Positions 10,117-20,387 of a DNA stretch of 64,000 bases are shown one piece after another (position 1 is the first letter of the stretch; every line of letters begins with the position of its first letter). The notes under the pieces were generated by a model. The model was not told where the DNA came from and made no database searches. It saw only the letters and a program-made list of their open reading frames with translations. The stretch lies in NCBI GenBank assembly GCA_965209055.1, contig OZ242374.1, positions 288,001 through 352,000 on the forward strand. Reading direction: 5' to 3'. The translations under genes were made by a program, and so were the position numbers. The stretch comes from Acidobacteriota bacterium. Lineage in GTDB: Bacteria > Acidobacteriota > UBA6911 > RPQK01 > JAJDTT01.

Positions 10117-11259
10117 ATGGTCGCTGACACGGATCGCAGGAACTTTCTCAAGACTCTGGGAGCCGCCGCCGGAACGGCCGCCCTGGGCCTGTCCAAGGCC
10201 GGGTGCGCGCCGCCGCCGGACGCCGGTCCGGAACGTCCCTCCCACCTGGTGAGGTTCGGACACACCGACCTGTGGGTCTCCCGGCTGTGCCAGGGAACCG
10301 CGTTCCGGAGCCATCTCTCCCGACGGGGGGACAGCAAAGAGGCCCACGATTTCTTGAGCCACTGCATCGACGTGGGGATCAACTTCTTCGATACGGCCGA
10401 GGCCTATGGGTCGGGCGAGTCGGAGATCGCCCTGGGCCACGGAATTGCGGGCCGCCGGCACGAGGTGGTGATCTCCACCAAGGCCAATCCGCGCGTCGAT
10501 GGTGAGAGGATCGCCGTCACCGAGCCGATCCTGAGAACCCGGGTGGAAGGCAGTCTCAAGCGCCTGGGAACCGACTACATCGATCTCTATTTCCTCCACG
10601 CCGCAGACCGGAAGACTCCCTCCTTTCATGACGAGAAGCCGGGCCGGGATGTTCCGACGCGGGCTCATATGGAGGAGATCGCCGCCGCCATGACCGCCCT
10701 GGTCGAGTCGGGCAAGATCCGCTATTGGGGGGTTTCCAATCACCTGCCCAGGCAGGTGGAGGAACTCTTGGAATCGGGGAATCAACCCGGCACGGCTCCC
10801 TTGGCGGGGCTGCAGGACTATTTCACCATCGTGGCCGGAGATCGCAGAAGCCTCATGGTCGACGGGCTGTTCCCCTTGATTCGGCGCGGAAACCTGGGAC
10901 TCATGGCCTTCAGCCCCTTGGGAGGGGGCAGTCTCGTGCCGGGACGGGAGGTCCCTGACGGATCCGCTCTCATGGACGTGGTGACGGTCCTGGACGAGGT
11001 GGCAGGGGAGCTGGGGGTCACCCGGCCCCAGGTCTGCGTCGCCTGGGTGGCCGCCCATTCCGAGGTGGCCAGCGTTCTCTCGGGCGCGGAAAAACCGGAG
11101 CACGTCGAGGAAAACCTCAAGGGGACCGAATTGACTCTGCCGGCCCCGGTCATGGCCAAGCTCAACGCCGCGGCGGAAGCCTACGCGGTCCGAACGATCC
11201 AAGAGAAGGCGGCGTTCCACCGATTCGGCGACCGCTCCGGCCGGCCGGCGCCGGCGTAA
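10117..11259 (+). CDS. Aldo/keto reductase with twin-arginine signal
   Basis: DRRNFLK signal; GINFFDTAEAYGSGESE, SLKRLGTDYIDLYFLH, GKIRYWGVSN. Confidence 0.88.
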   Translation: MVADTDRRNFLKTLGAAAGTAALGLSKAGCAPPPDAGPERPSHLVRFGHTDLWVSRLCQGTAFRSHLSRRGDSKEAHDFLSHCIDVGINFFDTAEAYGSGESEIALGHGIAGRRHEVVISTKANPRVDGERIAVTEPILRTRVEGSLKRLGTDYIDLYFLHAADRKTPSFHDEKPGRDVPTRAHMEEIAAAMTALVESGKIRYWGVSNHLPRQVEELLESGNQPGTAPLAGLQDYFTIVAGDRRSLMVDGLFPLIRRGNLGLMAFSPLGGGSLVPGREVPDGSALMDVVTVLDEVAGELGVTRPQVCVAWVAAHSEVASVLSGAEKPEHVEENLKGTELTLPAPVMAKLNAAAEAYAVRTIQEKAAFHRFGDRSGRPAPA

Positions 11260-11292
11260 ACCGGCACCCGCCCTGACTTTCTCAACGGCAGC

Positions 11293-12456
11293 TCACGAGA
11301 CCCGCCACCGGACCACGCCCATGTGGTAGCGCTGGTGCATGGGGATCTGCTGGCAGTAGTAGGCGGTGACGATGGTGCCGTCCTTCAGTTGCACGCTGGA
11401 GGGGTAGCCGCCGTCGACGCCCCCCGGCCGCGTGTTCGCCCGGCGCACCGTCGTGTTGAAGAGGACTCGCGGCGCGCGCCAGGTCAGGCCCTCGTCGCGG
11501 CTGATCCGGGCGAAGACCCCCAACATTCCCCGCAGCCGGGAACCATAGGTGAGCAGGATCCCCCCGTCCTGCAATCGGATGAGGTTGGCCGGCATCTGTC
11601 CCGGAAGGGATGCGGGGCCCAGATGCTTCCAGGTCTGTCCGGCATCTTCCGAGACCGAGATGTGGGTATGACTGTTCCGGTGGGTCCGGGTGGCGGCCAG
11701 GAGCCGGGTTCCGCCGGTGACGAGCAGGGTCGACTCGTTGAAGTCGTCCACGCCGATGGGGCGGGGGTTGCCCCAGGTGCGCCCGTCGTCGTCGCTGTAG
11801 AAGATCCAGGCCGTATTGTGCCGGATGTGGTCGCCCGTGTAGCCCGTAACGGCCAGGCGGCCGTCGGGCAGGGCGACGATGTCGCCGAAGGGAATGACGT
11901 GATCCGCGCCGGGGGGCAGTTCCAGGCTGCTCCGGCAGGTCCAGGTCCTGAGGCCGTCGGTGGACCGGCAGACCACCGATTGCAGGACGGGCCTCATCTT
12001 GGTGACCGGATCGGGAGGCGCCACCTTGGAACCGCTGCAGAGGACCACGAAAGAGCCCTTTGGAGTGAGGCCGGCCGCCAGGTCCTTCCGGTTGGTCCCC
12101 GGTTCGTTGGGGGCCGGGGCGCTCACAAAGCTCCACATGCGGCCTCCGTCAACGCTTCTCCAGCACTCGGCGGCTCCGTCGCAGAAGCCGTGGCAGGGAC
12201 TCCCGAAGATGGTGGCGACGATGGAATCGTCGGGCATGAGGGTCAGGTTGGGCCAGGCGCACTTGTTGTCGATGGCGACGAAGCGCTCCACCCGGTCCAT
12301 GTGGACGAGGTGGCCGGTATCGCCGCTCTCGGCCGATGCCGGCGCCGGTGCTCCAAAGGCTGGCGCCTTCGCCGTTCCGACCCCGGCCAGCCCCAGGAGG
12401 GACGAGCCCACCATCCCGCGGCGGGTGAGCGTTCGGGCACGGAAGTGTCGTTTCAT
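11293..12456 (-). CDS. Sialidase-family (BNR/Asp-box) protein, Tat-exported
   Basis: TRRGMV signal; Asp-boxes SVDGGRMW, STDGLRTW, SDDDGRTW, SEDAGQTW, SRDEGLTW; GYPSSVQL. Confidence 0.85.
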   Translation of the reverse strand: MKRHFRARTLTRRGMVGSSLLGLAGVGTAKAPAFGAPAPASAESGDTGHLVHMDRVERFVAIDNKCAWPNLTLMPDDSIVATIFGSPCHGFCDGAAECWRSVDGGRMWSFVSAPAPNEPGTNRKDLAAGLTPKGSFVVLCSGSKVAPPDPVTKMRPVLQSVVCRSTDGLRTWTCRSSLELPPGADHVIPFGDIVALPDGRLAVTGYTGDHIRHNTAWIFYSDDDGRTWGNPRPIGVDDFNESTLLVTGGTRLLAATRTHRNSHTHISVSEDAGQTWKHLGPASLPGQMPANLIRLQDGGILLTYGSRLRGMLGVFARISRDEGLTWRAPRVLFNTTVRRANTRPGGVDGGYPSSVQLKDGTIVTAYYCQQIPMHQRYHMGVVRWRVS

Positions 12457-12482
12457 GCTGAACCTCCGGTGGAAAATGCGGA

Positions 12483-13562
12483 CTAACGGCGGCCGAGTCC
12501 GAACTCGCTCCCCATGGTGACGACCTTGCCGTCCCGGAAGTGCACCTCGATGAACTTGGAGCTGGCGAAGGGGCGGCCGTTATCGTCCCTGAAGATTCCC
12601 ACACGTTTCTTGGTTCTGGCGTCGTAGATGTCGGGGGCGTGGGAATAGGCGTATTTGCCGTCCAGGCTGAAGGTGACCCAGCCGTGGCCTCCCATGGAGA
12701 GATTCACGTGGCCCATCTCCCGGGGCGGCATCCGGGTGGCGTCGAAGTAGAAGAGCTTCCGGCCCGCCTGGTCGCTGATCCACAGTTCCTTGTGGTCCGG
12801 TGTCAGACCGGCGCCGTGGGTCCGATGGCGAATCTTCTCCTTGCCGGCGAAGACCCGGTGCAGGAGCTTGCCCTGTTTCAGATCGACCACGTCGAACCCG
12901 ACGTGCTTCCCCAGGCAGACGAAGGCCACGCTGTGGTCGCGGGTGACGGTGTACGGAAAGATCATGTACTCGCCCACGTCCGGGATCTGGCGGACGATGC
13001 TGTCGTCCCGAATGTCGAACATGGTCAGCATGGTCCGGGTTCCCAGGAAGACGTGCCGTCCGTCCAGGCCCACGATGCTGTTGTGGGCGTTGGGGCCCAC
13101 GGGGATCCGCTTGATGAATTCCCCGTTCCGGGCATTGATCACGACGAAGCCGGCGTCTTCCTCCGTGTACCAGAATCCGGTGGGAGCGTAGATCTTCTTG
13201 CCGTCCAGGGTGATGGAGGAACGGTCGCAACATCCCGGCGCAAAGGTGTTCTCCCACAGGATCTTCTCCGTCTCCAGGTCGAAAGCGCCCAGGCGGTGGT
13301 TGGTCGTGGAGTAATAGACGGAGTGGTTGACCAGGCTCCCGGTGAAGCCTCGAAGCCCTTCCTGGAAGATGGGGACGTGGATCCTCCGGACGAACTTGTG
13401 GCCGTTGTCGATATCGAAGATGAGGATTCCGGTGCCGGAGCGGCCTTGCACCTGAGCTCCGTCCGGTGTGCTCATGTACAGGTAGCGCCGGGTCTCGGAT
13501 TGGCCCGGGAGCATGGTCCCGAGGGCCAGAATAATTGCAACGATGGAAGTCAGGCGTGACAT
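12483..13562 (-). CDS. Secreted YncE-like beta-propeller protein
   Basis: Signal peptide MSRLTSIVAIILALG; repeated blades (TLDGKKIY, GLDGRHVF, TPDHKELW, SLDGKYAY). Confidence 0.7.
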   Translation of the reverse strand: MSRLTSIVAIILALGTMLPGQSETRRYLYMSTPDGAQVQGRSGTGILIFDIDNGHKFVRRIHVPIFQEGLRGFTGSLVNHSVYYSTTNHRLGAFDLETEKILWENTFAPGCCDRSSITLDGKKIYAPTGFWYTEEDAGFVVINARNGEFIKRIPVGPNAHNSIVGLDGRHVFLGTRTMLTMFDIRDDSIVRQIPDVGEYMIFPYTVTRDHSVAFVCLGKHVGFDVVDLKQGKLLHRVFAGKEKIRHRTHGAGLTPDHKELWISDQAGRKLFYFDATRMPPREMGHVNLSMGGHGWVTFSLDGKYAYSHAPDIYDARTKKRVGIFRDDNGRPFASSKFIEVHFRDGKVVTMGSEFGLGRR

Positions 13563-13743
13563 GGCCGGAATTCTACTTCTCCGGTCCGGAGACTGTCCAT
13601 CCGGGCCAGGATGCCAAGCCGCGCACGATGAATCTTGTCCATTTGCCCGCCTCAGGACTGCGCCGTAGTAAACTGGTGGGATTGACGCGACTCTTTTCGC
13701 TGCCGCGGCCGACGAAGCGGAATTCAGGCAGGAGGAATTTCCC

Positions 13744-14841
13744 GTGAATAGTTTGGTGGGACAACCCCGGGAGGCGCTGGACACGCCGGCGCTGATGGTG
13801 GATCTGGATGTTCTTCAGCGCAACATCGACCGCATGACGGGGACCATCATTCGCGACGCCAAGGTGGGCTGGCGGCCCCATACCAAAGCCATGAAGACGC
13901 CGGCCCTGGCGAAACTGTGCCTTGAAGCGGGGGCCCACGGCATCACCTGCGCCAAGCTGGGGGAGGCCGAGGTCATGGCTGACGTCGGCATCCGCGACAT
14001 CCTGGTGGCCAACCAGATCGCGGGTCCGACGAAGATCGACCGTCTGGTCGACGTCTGCCGCCGGGCCGACGTGATGGTCTGTGTGGACCAGTTCGAAAAC
14101 GTCCGGGAGATCGACCGCGCCGCCGCAGCCAGGGGCGTTCGTCCCCGGGTCCTGATCGAGGTGGACGTGGGAATGCAGCGCGCCGGAGTCCTGCCGGGAG
14201 ATCCCAGCATCTCCCTGGCCCGCCGGATCGCCCGGTTGCGGCACGTCCGCTTCGCCGGGTTGCAGACCTGGGAGGCCCATGCGCTGTTCGAACCGGACAT
14301 GGGCAAGAAGAAACGGATGATCGAGGAGGCGTTGGGGAAGCTGACGGGCACGGCCCAGGCCATCCGGGATTCGGGGATTCCGGTGGAGATCGTCAGTTGC
14401 GGCGGCACCGGGACCTACTGGATCAGCGCTTTCGTTCCCGGCGTCACGGAGATCGAGGCGGGGGGCGGGATCTACTGCGACATCTCCTACCGCCGCCAGT
14501 TCGGCGTGGAACACGAGTTCGCGCTGACGATCCTCTCCACCGTGACCAGCCGGCCCCACCCCTCCCGCATCATCTGCGACGCCGGATTCAAGACCATGGG
14601 CCGGGTCGACGCGGATCCCGAGGTCCTGGGAGGGATCCATGCCAAGGAGTTCGTGATGTCAGCGGAGCACGGAATCATCCGGTTGGCCGAGCCCGGCGAA
14701 TCGCCCCGGGTGGGGGACAAGATCGAGATCATCCCCGGATACTCGGACTCGACGGTGTTCCTGCACGATGTCCTGTACGGAATCCGCAGCGGCCGCGTGG
14801 AGACGGCCTGGCCGCTGGTGGGCCGGGGAAAACTCCAGTAA
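13744..14841 (+). CDS. DSD1-family PLP-dependent enzyme (D-threonine aldolase / D-serine dehydratase-like)
   Basis: LDTPALMVDLD, WRPHTKAMK, GITCAKLGEAEVM, SAEHG. Confidence 0.9.
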   Translation: MNSLVGQPREALDTPALMVDLDVLQRNIDRMTGTIIRDAKVGWRPHTKAMKTPALAKLCLEAGAHGITCAKLGEAEVMADVGIRDILVANQIAGPTKIDRLVDVCRRADVMVCVDQFENVREIDRAAAARGVRPRVLIEVDVGMQRAGVLPGDPSISLARRIARLRHVRFAGLQTWEAHALFEPDMGKKKRMIEEALGKLTGTAQAIRDSGIPVEIVSCGGTGTYWISAFVPGVTEIEAGGGIYCDISYRRQFGVEHEFALTILSTVTSRPHPSRIICDAGFKTMGRVDADPEVLGGIHAKEFVMSAEHGIIRLAEPGESPRVGDKIEIIPGYSDSTVFLHDVLYGIRSGRVETAWPLVGRGKLQ

Positions 14842-14856
14842 TCGGCCGGAGTCCCA

Positions 14857-16167
14857 TCAGTTCTGGCCGATGCAGAACAGGGTGTTGTTGGTCCGGACGA
14901 ACAGTTGCCCCTGGGCTGCGATCACGGTGGAGCGGACCGGGGCGTCCTCGGCATCGCCCATGGCGATGTTGTTGAGGATTTCACCATCCGCAGCGTCCAC
15001 GATCACCACGTCCCCGTCGAAATTGATCAGGTAGAGCTTGCCGTCGCCGGCCAGGGGCGAAGCCTCGTACTTGCTGCGGCCCGGCGTCTGAATCGTCCAC
15101 TTCACCTTGCCCGTCTTGGGTTCGACTCGTGAAAGGGACTTCCGCACGTCGCTCAGGACGAAGAAGTCTCCGTCGTAGTAGGCGGGGGTGGGCACGTCGG
15201 AGGTCACCGCCCGGACATCCTTGCTGACCCAGGCGATGGAGCTGTCGTCCAGCTTTCCGACCCCGCCCGTCTTGATGGCGTAGATGGGGTCCCGCTTGGG
15301 GGCGCAGGCCAGGATCACGTCCTCGTTGGCCACGGGCGACGGAACCAGGCGCCAGTGCCGGATGCGCGTGGGATTCCAGGTTCCCCAGCGCCACAGCTCC
15401 TTTCCGGTCTCCAGGTCGTGGCCGCTGAGGTCGTCGCCTCCCACCACCAGCAGCTCGCGCCGCCCGTTGTGAACGAAGGGGACCGGGGTGGTGAAGGCCT
15501 CGCGGGATTCGGCCACCGCCTGGCTGGGACGGAAGCTGCGCCACAAGGTCTCGCCGGTCTCGGGCTTCATGGCCAGGATATAGGACCGGTTCTTGCGGTC
15601 CTTCAAGCCGCGTCCCTCGATGGGGACGTCGCGCTGCAGGACCTGGAGGTAGAGCTTCCCGTCGAAGATCAGGGGGCTGGAGGCAAAGGTCCAGAAGAAC
15701 GCGAATTCGCCGTAGTCATGTCCGATGTGCCGCCGCCAGAGCTGATGTCCCGAAAAGTCGAACGCCGCCATTTCTCCGTTGCCGTAGAAGAAGACGACCA
15801 CTTTGCCGTCAGTGGTGGGCGACGGCGAGGCGTAGTAGCTCCGGGTGTCCCGGCCGATTCCCGTGGAGATTTCCCGCTGCCAGAGCAGCTTGCCGCTGGT
15901 GCGGTCAAAGCAGAGGGCGTTCAGCGAATTGGCATTCGGGTCCGTGCTGGAAACGAAGACGTGATCCTCCCAGACGGCGGGCGTGGCCGCGCTGGGTCCG
16001 GGCAGGGCGGCGCGCCAAGCGATGTTCTCGGTCGGCGACCACTGAGTGGGCAGGGCCTGCTCAGGCGTCGATCCGTTGTAGCTCGGACCCCGGAAGTGAG
16101 GCCAGTTGCCGGAGTGGAGGGGGACAGCGGTGGAGAGAATCAGCACCAGGGAAGGCAGATATTTCAT
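14857..16167 (-). CDS. PQQ-binding-like beta-propeller repeat protein
   Basis: Signal peptide, NWPHFRGP, ENIAWR and repeated xxTGKxLW blades. Confidence 0.85.
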   Translation of the reverse strand: MKYLPSLVLILSTAVPLHSGNWPHFRGPSYNGSTPEQALPTQWSPTENIAWRAALPGPSAATPAVWEDHVFVSSTDPNANSLNALCFDRTSGKLLWQREISTGIGRDTRSYYASPSPTTDGKVVVFFYGNGEMAAFDFSGHQLWRRHIGHDYGEFAFFWTFASSPLIFDGKLYLQVLQRDVPIEGRGLKDRKNRSYILAMKPETGETLWRSFRPSQAVAESREAFTTPVPFVHNGRRELLVVGGDDLSGHDLETGKELWRWGTWNPTRIRHWRLVPSPVANEDVILACAPKRDPIYAIKTGGVGKLDDSSIAWVSKDVRAVTSDVPTPAYYDGDFFVLSDVRKSLSRVEPKTGKVKWTIQTPGRSKYEASPLAGDGKLYLINFDGDVVIVDAADGEILNNIAMGDAEDAPVRSTVIAAQGQLFVRTNNTLFCIGQN

Positions 16168-16270
16168 GGTTTTGAACTCCGAAGTCGTTGGGTCGGAACA
16201 CTTGCATCATAACAGCCCGCGGCAAGAGGCGTCACGGCGTGCGGCCGCGTCCGCACGCCGGAGAAGCGCA

Positions 16271-17911
16271 TCAGAACTTGTAGGCGAAGAGCTTGGCCTG
16301 GAACATCCGGATGCGGAATGCCGCCGTCTCCCCGATCCCGGAGAGATCGCTCTTGCCCTTCCAGGTCACGACCCGGTCGGACTCGTCGCCCGTCAACCGG
16401 TCGGACTCGGCGAAGGTGAAGCCCTCGATGGGGGGCAGATCGGCCTGATTCATGGAGGGGCTCCTGGTCATCAGCTCCACGCTGATCCAGCCGCCCGGAG
16501 CGCAGCGGTAGTTCAACCGCAGTTCGTTGCCGTGCCGGTAGATGGTGGGAATCGTGAACCGGCCTTCGCTCTCCGCCTCGATCCCGATGAAGCGATGCGG
16601 TTGCCACAGCATGTAACGGATCTGAATGGGCCGGCCCTGGGGGAAGAGATGGTCGTGTCCGTAGACGTTGTGGAGGCTGGACATTCCCGTGTAGGGCACG
16701 GCCCAGCGGCCGTCGGGAAGCTCCAGCATGCCGTTGCGCCAGGTGTGCACCTGGCAATCGTCCCCGCTGCCCGGCGGGCCCACGGTGTGGATGGGCCGCC
16801 GCTCGGGCCGGATCCAGAAGAGGCCGTCGCGGCTGAAGGCGATCTGGGTGTCCACGTGGTCGTTTTGCTGGTGGTAGACGGGAATGACCATGACGTGGAG
16901 ATCGGTGCGACCCGGATAGGGGAAGTAGTTGGCTCCGTAAAAGGAGATGTCCAGGTCGTCCAGGGCATCGGGCGCCAGAATCAGCTTGGGGGCGGGCCAG
17001 GATCTGAAGTCCTTGGTGCGCGAGAACCCGATGACGCGGCGCTGGGTCTCCTCCTCGATGCGGGCGGTCCCGATCCCCGGCATCAGCTCGGCCGTGTTGC
17101 CCATGATCTGCTGGTAGGCGATGTACTCGCCGTTGGCCTCGTCGTAGTGGGCGGAGATGCCGCCGTTGACGGGACGCATGCCCAGGGCCTTCTCCAGCGG
17201 TTTCCAGTCCCGGCCGTCCGCCGAGATCCACCCCAGGGTGCGCCCCCAGATCTCGGCTCGGGGCCCCTTGTAATCCTTCTCGTAGGTCTCCCGGTTCCAA
17301 CGCCGCATGGCCTCCTCGCCTTCCAGGGGCTGCAGCGTCGCCGGGTCGTACCAGGCCATGTCGCCCCCCATGGCCTTGAAGCGTTCCGCCGCCGGCGCCC
17401 GGGGGTCGATGAAGACGCCCGTGGCGCCCCGGATGCCGTTTCGAAGGAGGTTGTTGGCCGACGACCCGTCGAATTCGACCTGGCCCATTTCCGGACGCGT
17501 CCAGTTGTAGCCATCGGTGCTGGTGGCGTAGGCGGTGGCGTTGGCCCGGGAGCATTCGTAGATCATGTGGAGAAGCCCGCCGGCCCTCCAGATGAACAGG
17601 GGGCCGATGAACTCTCCCTGCTCCCAATCGGCCGTCGCCTCCAGGAGGGGTTCGGAGCTCTCCGCCCGTTCGACTCGGAGCTTGACCCCGATGGCGCCGT
17701 CGAAGAGCCTGAAAACACCCTGGCGGTCCATCGCCCGGTTTCCCGGAAACACGTCGGTCACGTCGACGATGGGATTCCATGCCCCGTTGTTGACCCGTAT
17801 TCGCTTGGCCCGCTTCTGGGGCTCGGTGAAGGGAGAGGTCCTGACCTTCTCCCCGGCCTCGAGTTCCGCGGTGGCGCTCACCAAGAATGCGATCAAGAAC
17901 AGCTTGGTCAT
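16271..17911 (-). CDS. Secreted beta-propeller glycoside-hydrolase-like protein
   Basis: Signal peptide MTKLFLIAFLVSA; AYATSTDGYNWTRP, AFSRDGLFW, C-terminal AKLFAYKF. Confidence 0.7.
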   Translation of the reverse strand: MTKLFLIAFLVSATAELEAGEKVRTSPFTEPQKRAKRIRVNNGAWNPIVDVTDVFPGNRAMDRQGVFRLFDGAIGVKLRVERAESSEPLLEATADWEQGEFIGPLFIWRAGGLLHMIYECSRANATAYATSTDGYNWTRPEMGQVEFDGSSANNLLRNGIRGATGVFIDPRAPAAERFKAMGGDMAWYDPATLQPLEGEEAMRRWNRETYEKDYKGPRAEIWGRTLGWISADGRDWKPLEKALGMRPVNGGISAHYDEANGEYIAYQQIMGNTAELMPGIGTARIEEETQRRVIGFSRTKDFRSWPAPKLILAPDALDDLDISFYGANYFPYPGRTDLHVMVIPVYHQQNDHVDTQIAFSRDGLFWIRPERRPIHTVGPPGSGDDCQVHTWRNGMLELPDGRWAVPYTGMSSLHNVYGHDHLFPQGRPIQIRYMLWQPHRFIGIEAESEGRFTIPTIYRHGNELRLNYRCAPGGWISVELMTRSPSMNQADLPPIEGFTFAESDRLTGDESDRVVTWKGKSDLSGIGETAAFRIRMFQAKLFAYKF

Positions 17912-17950
17912 GATTGGACCTCTCCGGAGAAACACATGAGACATGAATTG

Positions 17951-17974
17951 ATGATGGAAACCGGTTTCAATAAT
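17951..17974. promoter_or_regulatory. Palindromic operator in the divergent intergenic region upstream of the porin gene
   Basis: ATGATGGAAACCGGTTTCAATAAT, with a perfect core GAAACCGGTTTC; 20 of 24 positions are self-complementary. Confidence 0.5.
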
Positions 17975-18182
17975 ATTGCACCGTTCGGCGACTGGAAGCT
18001 GTTGGATGTTGCGAGAACAAGCGGAATGAGCGGAATGAACTGAAAGATTGGGACGCGCCGGAATACCCCGATTCCGTTGTTTGGCCTTTTTGGGAAAGCC
18101 CGAACCTCACCATAGCGATCCCCGCCAATAAGCAACTGATCTAGTCCGTGGATTTTCGTCCACAAGACACAGGGAGATTCGC

Positions 18183-19604
18183 ATGTCCTCGACGGAAAAT
18201 TCAACCACTCTCCGCCTCCATTGGAGGCCCTTGGTGACCGGAGCTTTGCTGGCGGCCTTTCTCATGCCGCTGATGGGCGCCGAAAAGCATGATCTCGAAG
18301 CCCAGATCGAAGAGTTGAGGCGCAGGCTGGACAAGCTTGAGAAGGAGAGGGCCGAGCAGGCAGAGCCTGAACCGAAGGCCGAAAAACAGGCAGCCCAGGA
18401 TAAAGAGCTGGCGGAAGTCCGCCGTCAGGTGGACATCCTCGCCACCGAAGTGGAGCGGCTCCGGAGCGGTGAACCTGAAATCGAGGTCACGGACGCCGAG
18501 GCTCGCAGCAAGGGGCTCGGTCCCGCGGCCGCTTCCATTTACCGGAAGCAACGGGGTGTGTCCATCGCGGGCTACGGCGAGATGCTCTACAACAACTTCA
18601 GTGGACGTAACGAGTCCGGAGATCCCGTCTCCAAGACCACCGAGTTCGATTTCCTGCGGTGGATCCTTTACGCCGGCTATCGTTTCAACGACCGCATCAT
18701 CTTCAACTCGGAGATCGAGATCGAGCATGGATCCACCAGCCTGGGAGGCTCCACGTCGGTCGAGTTCGCCTACCTGGACTTCCTGGTGAACGACCATTTG
18801 ACTCTTCGCGGAGGATTGCTCCTGGTCCCTATGGGCCTGGTCAACGAGCTTCATGAACCCACGGTCTTCGTGGGCGCCAATCGGCCGGAGACGGAACGCC
18901 GGATCATGCCCAGCACCTGGCGGGAGAACGGGTTCGGCTTCGTGGGATCCGCGGGGATGGTCGATTACCGGGTCTACGTGGTGAACGGCCTGCTGGGCTC
19001 GAAGTTCAGCTCCAACGGCCTGCGAGGCGGCCGGCAAAAGGGGTACAAGGCGAAGTCCTCTCACATGGCCGTGGTCACCCGAGTCGATGTGAACCCCACT
19101 CCGGGAGTCTTCTTCGGCGGCTCCTTCTACAACGGCGGCTCAGGGCAGGGACTGACCTTCGACGGACAGGACCTGGATGTAGGGACCCGGATCGGGGAGC
19201 TTCACGCTCAGATCCAGATGGAGGGCTTCGACCTGAGGGGCCTCTTTGCCCGGGCCTCCCTGGACGACGTGGCCGAGCTGAATCAGGCCCTCGGATACAC
19301 CGGAATGAACTCGGTGGGCGAGACTCAACAGGGAGGGTATCTCCAATTCGGCTACAACCTGCTTTCCCGGGTCCGGGAAGACGTGAGGCTGATGCCCTAC
19401 TACCGGGCCGAGACTCTCGACACCCAGGCGCAGGTGCCGGCCGGATACCTGCGAAACCCTGCGCGGGACCGGTCGTTTCACACCCTGGGCCTGGAACTCA
19501 AGCCGATTTCCAACATCGTGATCAAGACCGACTATCAGTGGAACCGGAACCGGTCCAAGACCGGTCTGGACCAGTTCAACGTCGCCATGGGATACAACTT
19601 TTAA
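18183..19604 (+). CDS. Outer-membrane porin with N-terminal coiled coil (OprO/P-like fold)
   Basis: Signal peptide, coiled coil, IAGYGEMLY, FNSEIEIEH, VEFAYLDF, C-terminal MGYNF. Confidence 0.8.
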   Translation: MSSTENSTTLRLHWRPLVTGALLAAFLMPLMGAEKHDLEAQIEELRRRLDKLEKERAEQAEPEPKAEKQAAQDKELAEVRRQVDILATEVERLRSGEPEIEVTDAEARSKGLGPAAASIYRKQRGVSIAGYGEMLYNNFSGRNESGDPVSKTTEFDFLRWILYAGYRFNDRIIFNSEIEIEHGSTSLGGSTSVEFAYLDFLVNDHLTLRGGLLLVPMGLVNELHEPTVFVGANRPETERRIMPSTWRENGFGFVGSAGMVDYRVYVVNGLLGSKFSSNGLRGGRQKGYKAKSSHMAVVTRVDVNPTPGVFFGGSFYNGGSGQGLTFDGQDLDVGTRIGELHAQIQMEGFDLRGLFARASLDDVAELNQALGYTGMNSVGETQQGGYLQFGYNLLSRVREDVRLMPYYRAETLDTQAQVPAGYLRNPARDRSFHTLGLELKPISNIVIKTDYQWNRNRSKTGLDQFNVAMGYNF

Positions 19605-19608
19605 GGAA

Positions 19609-19692
19609 TAGGAGGGGCGATTTCCAATCGCCCGGTCTTCGTCGCCAAGTTTGTCACACCGGAGTCCGGCGGCTTTGCTGCCGCCGTGCTCC
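19609..19692. repeat. REP-like doublet, GGAG family
   Basis: TAGGAGGGGCGATTTCCAATCGCCC at 19609-19633, plus a degenerate inverted mate CGGCGGCTTTGCTGCCGCCGTGCTCC. Confidence 0.6.
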
Positions 19693-19704
19693 CGGCGGGG
19701 AATG

Positions 19705-19778
19705 CGCGCCCGGAGGGATTCGAACCCCCGACCCACGGATTAGAAGTCCGTTGCTCTGTCCAGCTGAGCTACGGGCGC
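19705..19778 (-). tRNA. tRNA-Arg (anticodon TCT), CCA not encoded
   Basis: Minus strand GCGCCCGTAGCTCAGCTGGACAGAGCAACGGACTTCTAATCCGTGGGTCGGGGGTTCGAATCCCTCCGGGCGCG folds into a full cloverleaf with a GTTCGAATC T-loop. Confidence 0.97.
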
Positions 19779-19798
19779 ATGCTTGAATTTTTCGAACT

Positions 19799-20251
19799 TT
19801 AACAGTCCGTCTCGAAAGTCGCCACGGACGGCTGGGAGTCGCAGTTGAGGCGGCGCTGCATGAAGATCTCGGCAGGCTGGTCTCTAATGGTGAGAGCGCC
19901 GCAATCCCGGTAGCCGAGCTTGCGCCAGAAATGCTGGGCCGTAGCGGCGGCCTGGGTGGACATGACCACCAGGTCGAAGCCGCGGTCCGCCATCTGCCGT
20001 TCCCACTCCCGCACGGCCCGCGTGCCGTAACCGTGACCCCGCTCCGATTCGAGGATGACGATGAGCTCGATGAAGGGGAGCGACTCCCAGATCACGTGTG
20101 TTTTGAGGAAGCCCACCGGTTTCCCGCCGGCTTGGATGATTCGAATCCGGGACCCACGGACCTGCGCCTCCAGCGCGGCATCCGAAAGCCGCGGCCAGAG
20201 CTCTCTCAGCACCGGGAGGTCGGAAGGAACGGGACTTCGCAAACAATTCAT
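19799..20251 (-). CDS. GNAT-family N-acetyltransferase
   Basis: ERGHGYG acetyl-CoA motif; AQHFWRKLGY. Confidence 0.85.
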   Translation of the reverse strand: MNCLRSPVPSDLPVLRELWPRLSDAALEAQVRGSRIRIIQAGGKPVGFLKTHVIWESLPFIELIVILESERGHGYGTRAVREWERQMADRGFDLVVMSTQAAATAQHFWRKLGYRDCGALTIRDQPAEIFMQRRLNCDSQPSVATFETDC

Positions 20252-20387
20252 GGATGGGCCTCAAGCCGCATCGATGTTAGCACGGCGCCGGCGTCTCACA
20301 CGTTTTTCGAACGGTCCCCGCCGGGGGAACCCACCCGCGCGTTGAACACATGGTCTTCCGCTCCTATGATGGAAAGCCGCCGATGCC

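Noticed and set aside
19705-19778. tRNA-Arg as the island's integration site
   Set aside because: No duplicated tRNA 3' end was seen, and the island's direct repeats lie 30-41 kb away and are unrelated in sequence.
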